Shown: positions 37,819 through 48,080 of the stretch, in pieces | Position numbering within the stretch: the stretch's first letter is position 1 | Layout of the letters: each line of letters opens with the position of its first letter | Source: a virus | Lineage: Duplodnaviria > Caudoviricetes | Strand: one strand, 5' to 3' | DNA: 64,000 bases | Virus record (IMG/VR): IMGVR_UViG_3300028832_000004 | Location: 1 to 64,000 of that record | The notes under the pieces: model-generated | The model's database searches: none | Told to the model about the DNA's origin: nothing | Seen by the model: the letters and a program-made list of their open reading frames with translations, nothing else | Translations under genes and position numbers: made by a program

Positions 37819-37865
37819 ATGTTCTTCCTTATATTAAAATTCCTCTTAAATATACATTCCTTCGA

Positions 37866-38693
37866 CTAGACGACCCAATATGTAAAACGCGCCCCGCGTG
37901 GCGTATAAACCGCCTCCTTCGCAACAACCAAGCGCTTGTCGTCCGTCAATGCGGAAACCACCATGCTTCCAACCGGAATGTCCTGCCCGTCCGTCGTAAA
38001 TGTCTGCTTCTTGGACCATAGCGCCGCAAGATCATTGTAATTCTTCACAAGGCTCGCCATGACGCCCGCGGCATGCGTTATAGGGCGGCCGCCTTCAAGC
38101 ACCACATTCGGGGTTTCCTTGCCGCCATATAAGGTGGCGTTAGGCTCCGATAATGTGTATCCTACCGAAAGGGGGCGGCTGTACGTTCCTTGGAATCCAG
38201 CCAATACGTCAACCGGCTTCTGCTTATAAAGGCGACTCAGGAACGTAATCTTCTTGTTTTTAAAATCGACAAACGCGGGGGAACTTCCCATATTCGCCAA
38301 TGCCAAAACCATATCCGCGTCGGAGTGGCTCATATTCAAGATGGACATTTCAGCGGATAGCATTTCCGGCCCATCTATTTCAAACCCATAGTTGGCAATA
38401 ATATCCGAAATGGGAGTGTCCCTAAAGCTGACCGGATGCGCCTCGTCAAATACGGGGCATGCGGAATCCACGGCGCCTGCGTTGTAAAGCAAGGCGCCTG
38501 TCCCGTCTACCGACACATCCATGCCGGAGAGGGTTCCTTCATATTCCTTATCGCCTACGGTGAGCATCACCTTTTCCAGCCCGGTATAACTATCGACCTT
38601 GCAGGTGAACCGATAAAATGGATACTCCGACAAGGCTTCACGGATAATGATGTGTTCAGGCGGCTCCGATGCAACCGAAATGTTTATGTTCAT
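37866..38693 (-). CDS. baseplate hub / tail protein (gpD/gp44-like)
   Basis: Position after the tape measure module; SF..ISDII..SD.DMV pattern. Confidence 0.5.
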   Translation of the reverse strand: MNINISVASEPPEHIIIREALSEYPFYRFTCKVDSYTGLEKVMLTVGDKEYEGTLSGMDVSVDGTGALLYNAGAVDSACPVFDEAHPVSFRDTPISDIIANYGFEIDGPEMLSAEMSILNMSHSDADMVLALANMGSSPAFVDFKNKKITFLSRLYKQKPVDVLAGFQGTYSRPLSVGYTLSEPNATLYGGKETPNVVLEGGRPITHAAGVMASLVKNYNDLAALWSKKQTFTTDGQDIPVGSMVVSALTDDKRLVVAKEAVYTPRGARFTYWVV

Positions 38694-38974
38694 ATGTGGA
38701 AGTCCTCGTCCATGTCGATCAGCTCACGATTCAGCGAAAGGTGGTCAGGGCGCGGATATGCACGGCCATGAACCAACATCCACGGCGAATCAATGCCCGC
38801 GGCGACCATGTCCAGCTTCATATACTCATTTGCGCCGAAAATCTTGTCCGGGCGGAATTCGGTATCCCGCCTAATTACCACCGGCTGCCCTGCCTGCACC
38901 TTCTTGATATGAAGATCGCTGTTCGTGGTGAGCAACATTTGAATGTTCTTGGATTCCAAATTTACGCCGGGCAT
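38690..38974 (-). CDS. LysM/gp53-like baseplate protein
   Basis: FRPDKI..AAGIDSPW; small; typical position. Confidence 0.5.
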   Translation of the reverse strand: MPGVNLESKNIQMLLTTNSDLHIKKVQAGQPVVIRRDTEFRPDKIFGANEYMKLDMVAAGIDSPWMLVHGRAYPRPDHLSLNRELIDMDEDFHI

Positions 38975-38983
38975 ACTCGCCTC

Positions 38984-39943
38984 CTACCCCAATTCCTTTG
39001 CCTTGCTTAAATAGCGGGACGGCACGGTTTCAAGAGATGTGCTGCTGTCCTGTGCCTTGCCTTCCGTTTCATCCGTGAAGTTCGCAAGAAGGCCGCCAAG
39101 CGGGTTTTCCATCGAAATAGAAACGGTACATTTGGTCGGATAGAATCCGGTATTGTCCGTTACGAATGCGCCCGGGGTCACCGACATGCTTGTCGGCATG
39201 TATGATATGTTTGCATGCCATTGCGGGATGCCATCTACAATCAAGGTCGGCGCAGTTTCCGCGCCCATGCCCGCCCACTGGTTTTGTACCTCACGTGGGG
39301 TATTCGAATAATACTGGATAGCGGCGGTATTAAATACGCTTCCGCCTAAATAACGGTCGCGCGCCGCGAAATATGCCTTTTCCTCATTGGATCCTGCCTT
39401 CACCTTCTCGTTTGTGGTGGCAATGGTCAATGCATCGCCCACATCGGAAAAGGAATGCATTACCATCCCCTTGACGGCCGCTTGCACCGGATCCGAATTC
39501 ACGAATGAATTCTTGGCCGGATGGTATACCGCGCATGATGCAGCCGCCGACACCGATTGGCGCCAGCCGTATTCGGCCGCAATACTAGATACCTTTTCGT
39601 CAAATGCTGCACACTGGCGGGCATTTTCAAAGTACACATCCCCGGATAAGGACATGCTCATGGATGAGAGCTCGTCATAGGATACCCCGGGGACCGGCTT
39701 TGAATCGCTCATACGCAGGCCCTTGCGGATCTGCTCTATCTGCGTATTCATATTCACCAATGTGGAGAACAGCTGGGATACCGCCCCGTTAGGGCTTTGG
39801 GTCCTAAATGTCGGCAATGCCAATTTCTGCAGCTCGGGAATATTGGACACGTAAATGGGTATGCCCAAGTACATGATGCAATTCCGGCGGGCGGCTGCCC
39901 TGAACGTTCTCGATTCAATTGCCTCGGGCATGGTTACCTCCAC
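38984..39943 (-). CDS. tail-tube/baseplate junction protein
   Basis: Follows the tape measure gene; GFYPTKCTVSISME. Confidence 0.45.
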   Translation of the reverse strand: MEVTMPEAIESRTFRAAARRNCIMYLGIPIYVSNIPELQKLALPTFRTQSPNGAVSQLFSTLVNMNTQIEQIRKGLRMSDSKPVPGVSYDELSSMSMSLSGDVYFENARQCAAFDEKVSSIAAEYGWRQSVSAAASCAVYHPAKNSFVNSDPVQAAVKGMVMHSFSDVGDALTIATTNEKVKAGSNEEKAYFAARDRYLGGSVFNTAAIQYYSNTPREVQNQWAGMGAETAPTLIVDGIPQWHANISYMPTSMSVTPGAFVTDNTGFYPTKCTVSISMENPLGGLLANFTDETEGKAQDSSTSLETVPSRYLSKAKELG

Positions 39944-41892
39944 ATATCAACATTGCTATTGCTTGCGCCAACCGGGACAACCCCGACGGATTGTTCTCGC
40001 GGATAAGCAGGTGCGGGCGCCGGGGATTCAACGCGGCTGGACTTTGCGGCGGTACTGGTCGGCGCCTGATGCGTAATGCCGCCGGATGTTCCGGGGATGG
40101 TTTCCACGGAGAACGTGGCGGGCGCGTTTGCCCTCACGGGACTTCTAAGGGTGGCAACTGATCCGCGATCCGCCGAGCTTGCCAATGTTGTAGTCTTTGC
40201 ACGCTGCCTTTCTTCTTCAACGCGGGCGCCCTGATATTCGGAAAACCATTCGGCGCGGGTCTTGCCGGTGGCTTCGGCCACGCGGGTGTTTGATTCCTCA
40301 TAGCGTTCGCGAAGAGGATTGCTTGTCAGGCGGATGGCATCGGAAATTTGGGAGCCCATGAAAATGAGCTTGGCGGCCAATTCGTTCCCGAGGGTGATGC
40401 CGACAGCGGGGATGGCGGTTGCCATTTCAATCAAGGCGCCGCCGGTCTGTTCAAAGACCGGGAACATATCCTTGAACTTGTCCATAACCTTTCCAATGGC
40501 AATGACTGCAGGCGGGGCCACCGCCATATTCATCAGGTTGGAAAATCCAATATCCTTTTGCTGGGACGCGGTGACAAGCGAGCCTTCCTGTTTTTGGGCA
40601 AACGCCTCGCTTACCGTTTTTTCCTCCTCGCGTATGGCAGCGGCCTTGGATGCGGTTGCTTCGGCACGCGCCGCCTTATTCGCATCCTCCGCCGCAGTAA
40701 GGTCGGCTACGGCGCCCTTGCGTATCTCCGCCGCGTTATATGCCGCCCCAATGCCTTCCGAGTATGTAATGAGTCCGGAAGTTTCAACGGACGGCCTAGT
40801 CTTCCCTTCTGCGTCCGTTTTAGGGGTGACCAATTTTGCATAGGCATCGCCTGCCTTGGAAACAGCGGCATCCGCTTCCAAATTCTTGGAAGCAACTTCC
40901 GCCTCCACTTTAGCCATCTTTTCAGCCTGAACGGCGGCTTGGGTACCGGCATCAAGTATGAGCCCTGCGCTTGCTGCCGGGGCTTCGCGAATGGCGGATG
41001 CAATGTCGCCAATCGGGGAGATTACGGCGCCAAGGGCTGCCGTTATGGATTGGATCCCCGTGGCCCCGTTTAAACCTGCGGGGGTGGCGGTTTTGCGTGC
41101 TTCTTGTAGTTTGGCGGCACCGGCGGCGGCAACGGCATCCCGATTTTCTTTGGCAGTATCGAGTGCAGCCTTTGCGGTTTCTACCTGTGTGAGAGCCGCG
41201 TTGCCAACTTCAACCTTTTGGAGTGCACGCCCGCTCAGTTCTGCCGCTTTTTCCATGGAAGCGGCATATTTCTTTTGGGCGCGCGCAAGGGCGGCATCCG
41301 CATCATCCACGCCTTTATCAATCCCCGAAACGGTTTCTGCGCGTATATCGGAAGCCTCGCCTACCATGTTCTCATAACGCGCAGTGGATACCGCCGCTAT
41401 GTCCGTTTTGGTCTGTTCGCTAGCCTTGACAAAATTTTCAACAAGTCCTTGAAATCCTTTTCCGCCTATGGCGCCTATTAAGCCAAGCCAATTTTTTTGA
41501 AGTTCTCCGGATTGGCGTCCGGAAACCGCATTTAAATTTTCGGCACGTTTAGCTGCGGCGTCAGCACGGCGGCGCGCAGCCTCGCCGTCCTTCGCTTCCT
41601 TCTCCGCCAGCTTGAGTGAGCGGGCCTCTGTTTCATTTAACGCATTGAAGGCGCGGGCTGCTTCTTTAAGGTCCACCAAAAATTGGCGTTCAAGTCCCGC
41701 CATTTCATTTTTTCGGTTTTCGGCAGCATCGAGTTCTTTCTTATTGGTATTTGCCCTAATAAGATTGCTTTCATCTATGGCATCCACCAATTTCTTCAAG
41801 GAATCGGGCAAGGCGTTGCGCTCTTCCTTAGATAAGGAATCCTTGCCGCCGGTTATTTGTCTTGCAAGAAATGTAGTTATATCTGTCGCCAT
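39934..41892 (-). CDS. tape measure protein
   Basis: Ala-rich helical 652 aa protein downstream of tube and chaperone. Confidence 0.7.
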   Translation of the reverse strand: MATDITTFLARQITGGKDSLSKEERNALPDSLKKLVDAIDESNLIRANTNKKELDAAENRKNEMAGLERQFLVDLKEAARAFNALNETEARSLKLAEKEAKDGEAARRRADAAAKRAENLNAVSGRQSGELQKNWLGLIGAIGGKGFQGLVENFVKASEQTKTDIAAVSTARYENMVGEASDIRAETVSGIDKGVDDADAALARAQKKYAASMEKAAELSGRALQKVEVGNAALTQVETAKAALDTAKENRDAVAAAGAAKLQEARKTATPAGLNGATGIQSITAALGAVISPIGDIASAIREAPAASAGLILDAGTQAAVQAEKMAKVEAEVASKNLEADAAVSKAGDAYAKLVTPKTDAEGKTRPSVETSGLITYSEGIGAAYNAAEIRKGAVADLTAAEDANKAARAEATASKAAAIREEEKTVSEAFAQKQEGSLVTASQQKDIGFSNLMNMAVAPPAVIAIGKVMDKFKDMFPVFEQTGGALIEMATAIPAVGITLGNELAAKLIFMGSQISDAIRLTSNPLRERYEESNTRVAEATGKTRAEWFSEYQGARVEEERQRAKTTTLASSADRGSVATLRSPVRANAPATFSVETIPGTSGGITHQAPTSTAAKSSRVESPAPAPAYPREQSVGVVPVGASNSNVDMWR

Positions 41893-42045
41893 GGCCGCAT
41901 CCTGAAACCTTAGAAGTATACTACAAAACTACATAATTTGACGGTTATTAACACCGCTGCCTATTTGCGTGCGGCATCCCTTTGACGGATCATTTCCTCG
42001 CGGGCATTTAGAAAATCCAGTATCTCCGCAAGGCATTGATCTTCA

Positions 42046-42777
42046 TCAAGGTTGTAGCCTAAAATTAGTTTTATATTGGCTAAGCGTTTCCGAGTCAAGA
42101 AATGGAACGTATTGAGTGACCTCCAAGGCACTCAACGGCACTCGATAAACCTTCTTGCACTTTTCACAAACGCATTCCTTATATGTGTCCGGGATTGCAA
42201 AGTATTGTACCACGGTCTTGAGCAGCAAGGTCACCAAAGAAAAGTCGGTTATATCCCCCAGCATTTCAAAAATCTTGTCCGGGTCGGTCTCTTCATCAAT
42301 CTTCGTTACATATTGCGCAATGCTTGCAATTATATTGGAATGCTGCGGATCCCGTTCTTCATATTTCTCCATCGATTCCACGGTTGCAAAGCCTAGTTCA
42401 TAAATATGAACCCCGTCGGAGATAGTTAACGGATACGGGGCGTCCTTATCGAGCACGCCAATCGGAGGAAAATCATTTCGCGTCAGCCCAATGGTGCGCT
42501 TATCCTTACAATAAGGGCAGGTTACATCTATGCGCCAAGAGCGATTCTTTTCAGTGTTGAAGGCAAGCACCGCGATTAGAAAACGAAGATCCTTTGGCAC
42601 AAGCAGCTTCGTGTCAATTTCGTCGGTCAATTCCCCCATCAAATCGCGGATATCCCTATCCGTGGGGCGCGAGCCTAATTTAAGCGCCTGATTGATGGTC
42701 ATTGCCTTGATTTTAAAGCTTTTAAATGGATATGGCTTGAATCCGGTAGGGAGTTCACGAATTGGTATGTAAATCAT
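42046..42777 (-). CDS. tail assembly chaperone / baseplate hub assembly protein (T4 gp26-like)
   Basis: ELPTGFKPY..IKAMT..DLRFL..CPYC..CEKC. Confidence 0.7.
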   Translation of the reverse strand: MIYIPIRELPTGFKPYPFKSFKIKAMTINQALKLGSRPTDRDIRDLMGELTDEIDTKLLVPKDLRFLIAVLAFNTEKNRSWRIDVTCPYCKDKRTIGLTRNDFPPIGVLDKDAPYPLTISDGVHIYELGFATVESMEKYEERDPQHSNIIASIAQYVTKIDEETDPDKIFEMLGDITDFSLVTLLLKTVVQYFAIPDTYKECVCEKCKKVYRVPLSALEVTQYVPFLDSETLSQYKTNFRLQP

Positions 42778-43241
42778 TAAATTAACCTCAATACCATAGA
42801 TACGGGTAGCAAGGTCGCGGCCGCAAATGTGACATTATTTGGCGGGGTATATGCCGCAAGGTAGAAGTCGTGGGAATCCAGTCCGGAATCGTTTAAAAGT
42901 CCGTCGGTATCGGATGCGGGGCGTGCAAAAGGCATTGCAGAAACATCGCCCCATTCAACCCTGATAGGATAGCGCTGGTCAATGTATCCGGGGCGGACCG
43001 TTGCCACATACAGATGGCGGAGCAATGAATCTTGCTGCTTGGTTACATGTGCCGTAATGGTAAGCTCCGGGGTATGCATTTGCCCATTTTCAATCAGGAA
43101 GGCATTTGCGCCATTTATGCTTTCAACCAATAAGGAATTAGGCCCCCCGTCATAGGGGGCCGGAAGCTTTACGAAAACATCATAGTTTCCGTTATCGAGA
43201 TACTGCGTCTCGATTACAGATTCTAAAATGTCCTTCGCCAT
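42777..43241 (-). CDS. tail-associated hypothetical protein
   Basis: Lies between tube and chaperone. Confidence 0.55.
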   Translation of the reverse strand: MAKDILESVIETQYLDNGNYDVFVKLPAPYDGGPNSLLVESINGANAFLIENGQMHTPELTITAHVTKQQDSLLRHLYVATVRPGYIDQRYPIRVEWGDVSAMPFARPASDTDGLLNDSGLDSHDFYLAAYTPPNNVTFAAATLLPVSMVLRLI

Positions 43242-43244
43242 TCA

Positions 43245-43832
43245 TTATGCCTCGAACGGCTTATGCCAGCCGTGACAGAACAAGGTGAATTGCGTGCCTA
43301 CAATCTCGGCATTGTTGCCGGAAGTGAAGGTGCCGGGCTGGACGCCCTTGATTTGGGCGCCATCAAGGATAATGATATTGTCCGGGTTGGCCTTGCCGTC
43401 ATTGCCGAGTTCAATGAGTGTGATGCCGGAGAACGTGTATACATTCTTTGCGGCAATGTCGCGCGATCCGAAATAGCCGGCGCCCTTATTCTGCGCCTTG
43501 ATAAGCGCATTTTCAACGGAACGGTCCATCGGTTCAAGCACGGTAATCTGCAAATTATCAATTACGCGGGTTTGCCATGCCGCCTGACTGATTGATATGC
43601 CCTTGATATTCTGCTGCGCATAGGTCGTTTCCGAATTGAAGGTATAATCGGTAGTGCATGCATAACTGAGATGCTGTGCAATGCCGACGTCACCGCCCAA
43701 TAATTCCACGAACTTCTTGCAGGTCGCAAAATCAATGCGCCAGTTTGAACTGACGGCGTAGTCCTTCTCGCTGAAGTCTGCGCCGAGCAATTCATTGAAA
43801 GTAACATTCGCCATATCTGCCATATTATGCAT
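43245..43832 (-). CDS. tail tube protein
   Basis: Immediately after the sheath; gp19-like size and beta pattern. Confidence 0.65.
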   Translation of the reverse strand: MHNMADMANVTFNELLGADFSEKDYAVSSNWRIDFATCKKFVELLGGDVGIAQHLSYACTTDYTFNSETTYAQQNIKGISISQAAWQTRVIDNLQITVLEPMDRSVENALIKAQNKGAGYFGSRDIAAKNVYTFSGITLIELGNDGKANPDNIIILDGAQIKGVQPGTFTSGNNAEIVGTQFTLFCHGWHKPFEA

Positions 43833-46089
43833 CCTCCGCCAAGCTGATTTCGAGTGACTGTGTCTGCGGGTAGGCTGTCACGTAAACGTCCACAAAAAAG
43901 GCTACACCCTTGAAACGTACCGGGAAATCGAAGCGCATGACTGTGTCCCCGATAATATTCTTGTCGGCGTTCGGCTTGCCTTCCTCAATGTAGTTGCGGT
44001 CCGTGAAAGTCTTGTTCAGGCTCTTCAAAACGCGGAGACCTTCATTGATGGTAGGCACATCGTTGTATTCTGCCACGAACGGACGCATCGACTGATAAAT
44101 CATGTACTTCATCCAGCAGTATGAAAGAATAACATGAGTGTCGGAAAGTGCGGTATTCGTGATCTGCGAAGTGGCTTCTGCCCAAAGATAAACGCCGCCT
44201 TCAACGATTGCCGGGTTGATTTTATAGGTCTCTGCAAGAACCTTACGCTGCGGACCGGTGAATTCCTGCGACAATTCTTCGCACTGGAGCTGGCCGTAAG
44301 TCAAGCCCATCGGCGGGCGAGCCTCGTTGCGATTCTTATAGTTGGTGTTAAGGCAAAGGGTGACCAAGGCTGCAAACGTCATCCACATGCGGCGTCCGGC
44401 AACGGTCTTGCGCCCGTATTGCGAGAAGTCCGCGATGAAGCGGTTGCCATGGCGGCCGCCCATATTTTCGAATGCCGAGATAGATGCTGCCTTGCCGATA
44501 TTGGATATGCCGAGGGTTGTTTCGCCCGCGGCTTCAATGACGCCTAAGAAATCCGGGGCGTTCATTACATCCGCAAGGTTTGCCGTGACCACGCAACGAT
44601 ACTTGGTAAGGTTATCGCCTGCAATTTGACGAAGTGCCAAGGCGTATGCGTAGGACTTTTGCCCCGGGGCAATGGAATTGCTCTTCAGCTGGTCGTTGCC
44701 ATCAAAGTATTGCGGCTTCATGATGAAGAGACTCGGCTCTGTCGGGGAGGCCTTGTGAGCGAGGCTTGCAGCTTCAACATCGCTTGCAAAATCAATGGAA
44801 TACTCGCCAAATACTTCACTTGTGCGGCACACCAAATAATTTGATGCGGCAAGCACAGTATCCATTTGCATGGATACGCCGGAAGCGTCATAGTCATCGT
44901 AGTTGAAGCTGGCGATATATGTTTCCTTCACATAGGCGGAGTAACATGCGGCCCAAACCGCATTCTCTTCGCCCATATACATATAATCCTTGCGATTCTC
45001 GAGATAAAGGCCGGTTGCAATGGCAAATTCAACGGTTGCCATTTCTCCATCGGCATCCGGGGTCACCGTCACGGATCCGCATCCGTAATTGAGATATGCG
45101 GTACGTGCCTTGCCTTCATCCGGGACGCCGCGGGCAGTAGCCGAAATCGAAATCGAGATAGAAAGATTGAAGCAGTTAAATGCACCTGCCGGGACCGTAA
45201 ACGTGCCATTGTCATTCGCCGTGAATGCCGCGAGACCTGCCATATCGTCCCCGCCATTTTCGGCGGCATTACGTACGGCATTCTGTATGGCGATGTACAC
45301 AGATCCACCATTGTATTCAGCAGTGCCCTTAACGCCGTTTACAAATGCCGTGACGGTATTCGTTGCGCGGGCAGCGCCTTCATCACCGGAAGAGCCGGAA
45401 TCAAATACGAGGGTGTAGCCCTTAAGGGAAAGTCTATCCGAATCTTCATCGGAGCCATCCCCGCCAAGTACTGAATCTAGACTTGGGGTCAAGCCCAAGA
45501 TACCGGGCATGTCCGTATCAATATGGCGGGCACCGGCAAAATCAAACACCTGAAGCTGGAAAACGCGTTTCTTGTCTGCGTATGCGGACTGGGTGGCAGG
45601 CTCGCTAAAACGAAGAACGATATTGGAGTAATTGGCAGTGTCCTCGCCCTGGCCGATCACCTTGCCGCAATAATTGCCTTCGCCTTTGAAGAAAAGCAAG
45701 GCGGTATTATCGTCCGCCGGGGTCGCTATTGCATTTTGGTTTGCATCCGGATCAATGAATAGCTTCTTGGTATCCTTATTGATGCTAACGCGCATACAGC
45801 CGAAAACCGGATCGCCGGGCTCAATGCTCGGATCCTTGGCACGGGAGATAACAAGCGGCACATTGCGTTGTGCCAAGAAGTATGCTTCCATGTTTGCCTG
45901 ACCATACTTATCGTATGCAGGATTGCCAAACACTTTCACAAAATCATCGGAGCTTGTGATAAATACCGGCTTGTTGCAAAGGCCACGTTCCGCTTCTATC
46001 GCAACGGCAGCCTTGAAACCATCCGCGGGTGCGGGGCGCTGGGACTTGTCAACAAGAATTACGTCGGTTCCGGCGGAATCATTGACCAT
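43825..46089 (-). CDS. contractile tail sheath protein
   Basis: RGLCNKPVFITSSDDFVKVFGNP; PPMGLTYG; INPAI..YLW. Confidence 0.9.
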   Translation of the reverse strand: MVNDSAGTDVILVDKSQRPAPADGFKAAVAIEAERGLCNKPVFITSSDDFVKVFGNPAYDKYGQANMEAYFLAQRNVPLVISRAKDPSIEPGDPVFGCMRVSINKDTKKLFIDPDANQNAIATPADDNTALLFFKGEGNYCGKVIGQGEDTANYSNIVLRFSEPATQSAYADKKRVFQLQVFDFAGARHIDTDMPGILGLTPSLDSVLGGDGSDEDSDRLSLKGYTLVFDSGSSGDEGAARATNTVTAFVNGVKGTAEYNGGSVYIAIQNAVRNAAENGGDDMAGLAAFTANDNGTFTVPAGAFNCFNLSISISISATARGVPDEGKARTAYLNYGCGSVTVTPDADGEMATVEFAIATGLYLENRKDYMYMGEENAVWAACYSAYVKETYIASFNYDDYDASGVSMQMDTVLAASNYLVCRTSEVFGEYSIDFASDVEAASLAHKASPTEPSLFIMKPQYFDGNDQLKSNSIAPGQKSYAYALALRQIAGDNLTKYRCVVTANLADVMNAPDFLGVIEAAGETTLGISNIGKAASISAFENMGGRHGNRFIADFSQYGRKTVAGRRMWMTFAALVTLCLNTNYKNRNEARPPMGLTYGQLQCEELSQEFTGPQRKVLAETYKINPAIVEGGVYLWAEATSQITNTALSDTHVILSYCWMKYMIYQSMRPFVAEYNDVPTINEGLRVLKSLNKTFTDRNYIEEGKPNADKNIIGDTVMRFDFPVRFKGVAFFVDVYVTAYPQTQSLEISLAEDA

Positions 46090-46144
46090 TTTCTTACCTC
46101 ACGGTTTTGAACGAACAGAGTTGAAAAGTTGGGGCAACGGCGAA

Positions 46145-47278
46145 TTACTTCGCCTTGATCGTTTGGCTGGAGATGATTGCACTCACGCCGGGGCTAGCAC
46201 GATGCGATCCAGTCATGCCACGATGCAAATTGTCCAAAAGCGACTCAAATGCGTCCGGGGAAGTTTCCTTCGCCGGATTCTGCTTCGGGGCGGGCGTGCC
46301 AAGCGCTTCAATCACGGCGCGTGCCTTGCGTGCACCGAAACGGAGAGTCATCAAGGCTTCAGCCTTATCGTTCCCGTAGGCATCTCGAACAGAGGCAACA
46401 GCCTGCGCAAACTTTTCATCGGACATTGCAAGGGCAAGGCCGTCTGCGCTCTTCATGAATGAAAGGCGGCGGGCCATATTGGCATCCGGAACAGCGTTTT
46501 CAATATCGTCTGCCCAAGAATCAACATCCTTCGGTTCCGGCGTATCAGCGTCATCAAGAACGCCAACCACTGCCTTATCGATAAATTCGAGCAATTCTTC
46601 CACGCCAAAAATTTCGGACGGGAGAACCACCACCACGCAGTCGCCATCATTGCAAGTTTCAATACCGGAGCCGTAATAGTCATCGCCTTCCGGAATGGCC
46701 TCGCACATTTTAGAAAGGGTGTTGCCCTTGGCGCCGCTGACACGGATGAGGCGATCTTCGCGCTTGATGGTGCAGCCTGTGCCGGTAAGCGCCGTCATTG
46801 CCTGTTCAATGCGTTCATCGATTAAGTCTTCGGCCTTGCGGAAATTCGATCCGGTGGTCTTGTTTAGGTTGGATACATACTTATCGGGGTCATCCACCTC
46901 GACAGCCTTTCCGTCCTTATTGACCATGTATTTCTTGCCATCCTTTTCGATGGAAGCCACGGCATTCTTGCCATCCGTATAAACAGATTCGTTTTTCGGC
47001 GCGTCTTCCATGGTCTTTGCGGCGGTAAAATCAATGGTGAATGCATAAGATTCATCTGCCCTGGAGGTGGACGATACCTTTACGCCGCAACCAATGGCTT
47101 CTTCCAAGCGGGCGCAAATGCCCATTGCATCGCGGGCACTGGTGGCATGTTCCGTTACGGACACACGACCGTGTACGTAATCTTGCTCATACAGCCAATT
47201 TTCGGGGTTTTGGGTGTGTCTGCCAAATACGGCGGAAATGCCTTCGCAAATTTTTTGACTTAATATATTACGGGTCAT
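46145..47278 (-). CDS. hypothetical virion protein
   Basis: AGGAG RBS; lies between head and tail modules. Confidence 0.65.
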   Translation of the reverse strand: MTRNILSQKICEGISAVFGRHTQNPENWLYEQDYVHGRVSVTEHATSARDAMGICARLEEAIGCGVKVSSTSRADESYAFTIDFTAAKTMEDAPKNESVYTDGKNAVASIEKDGKKYMVNKDGKAVEVDDPDKYVSNLNKTTGSNFRKAEDLIDERIEQAMTALTGTGCTIKREDRLIRVSGAKGNTLSKMCEAIPEGDDYYGSGIETCNDGDCVVVVLPSEIFGVEELLEFIDKAVVGVLDDADTPEPKDVDSWADDIENAVPDANMARRLSFMKSADGLALAMSDEKFAQAVASVRDAYGNDKAEALMTLRFGARKARAVIEALGTPAPKQNPAKETSPDAFESLLDNLHRGMTGSHRASPGVSAIISSQTIKAK

Positions 47279-47311
47279 GGTGAACTCCTAATGTCTATTG
47301 GAAATATAAGA

Positions 47312-47344
47312 AAAAAACCCCAAGGAGAACACCTCGGGGTTTTT
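47312..47344 (-). terminator. intrinsic terminator
   Basis: AAAACCCC..GGGGTTTT with a U-tract on the minus strand. Confidence 0.65.
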
Positions 47345-47357
47345 GTAAAAATGAGGC

Positions 47358-48065
47358 TTATGCTTCAGGCGAATTTTGGCCGCCATCGCCCGCCGGGTTA
47401 GGCAATGAATCCGGTGAAGTCGGCTCATCATTATAGATCGCGGAAACCTCTGAGCTCAACGAATCCGTCGGGGCGCCTGCATCCCTTTCGGAATCGCCTT
47501 CATCATCGCCACCGGCAATTTCCTTGATCGCATCGCCCAGCAAGGAAAGGGCCTTCATGGTATCCTCATTCTTATGATAGGACATTGCCTTGCCCATCAT
47601 AAGAAGTGAAACCGATGCCTTTTCTACGCATGATTGCATCCCGGCGATGGCGTTGTTGAGGGCAAGAATATCGCCGTCGCAATCTTCAACCATCACAGAA
47701 TTCGTGTCGTAAATTGCCTTTACGGCGGCACGGCACTTGGCTGCAAATGCCTCGACATGCTTTTTAAGGGAAAGCGGCGGCACCGGGGTAACGCCCAATG
47801 CGGATGCGCTTTCCTTTGAAGGTTTCCCTTCTTTTGGAAGACCCGGATTTTCCGGGGTACGCACTTCGATTGCGGAATAGAGATCCTTGTTTTCCTTGGC
47901 GGCGGCAACCAATTCGGCAGCCTCATCCTCGGAAATAAAGTTGTCGGAGACAAGGCTTGCGGCCCAATCGATAACATCATCGTGCTTCGGGTCCCCGGTT
48001 CTTCCGGCTATGGCAAACCAAGTCGGGAAGTCTGCAAAGTAGTGCCTAATTGCATTTTCGGTCAT
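47358..48065 (-). CDS. hypothetical protein
   Basis: GGAGG RBS; 235 aa. Confidence 0.7.
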   Translation of the reverse strand: MTENAIRHYFADFPTWFAIAGRTGDPKHDDVIDWAASLVSDNFISEDEAAELVAAAKENKDLYSAIEVRTPENPGLPKEGKPSKESASALGVTPVPPLSLKKHVEAFAAKCRAAVKAIYDTNSVMVEDCDGDILALNNAIAGMQSCVEKASVSLLMMGKAMSYHKNEDTMKALSLLGDAIKEIAGGDDEGDSERDAGAPTDSLSSEVSAIYNDEPTSPDSLPNPAGDGGQNSPEA

Positions 48066-48080
48066 TTTGGCGTTCCTCCA

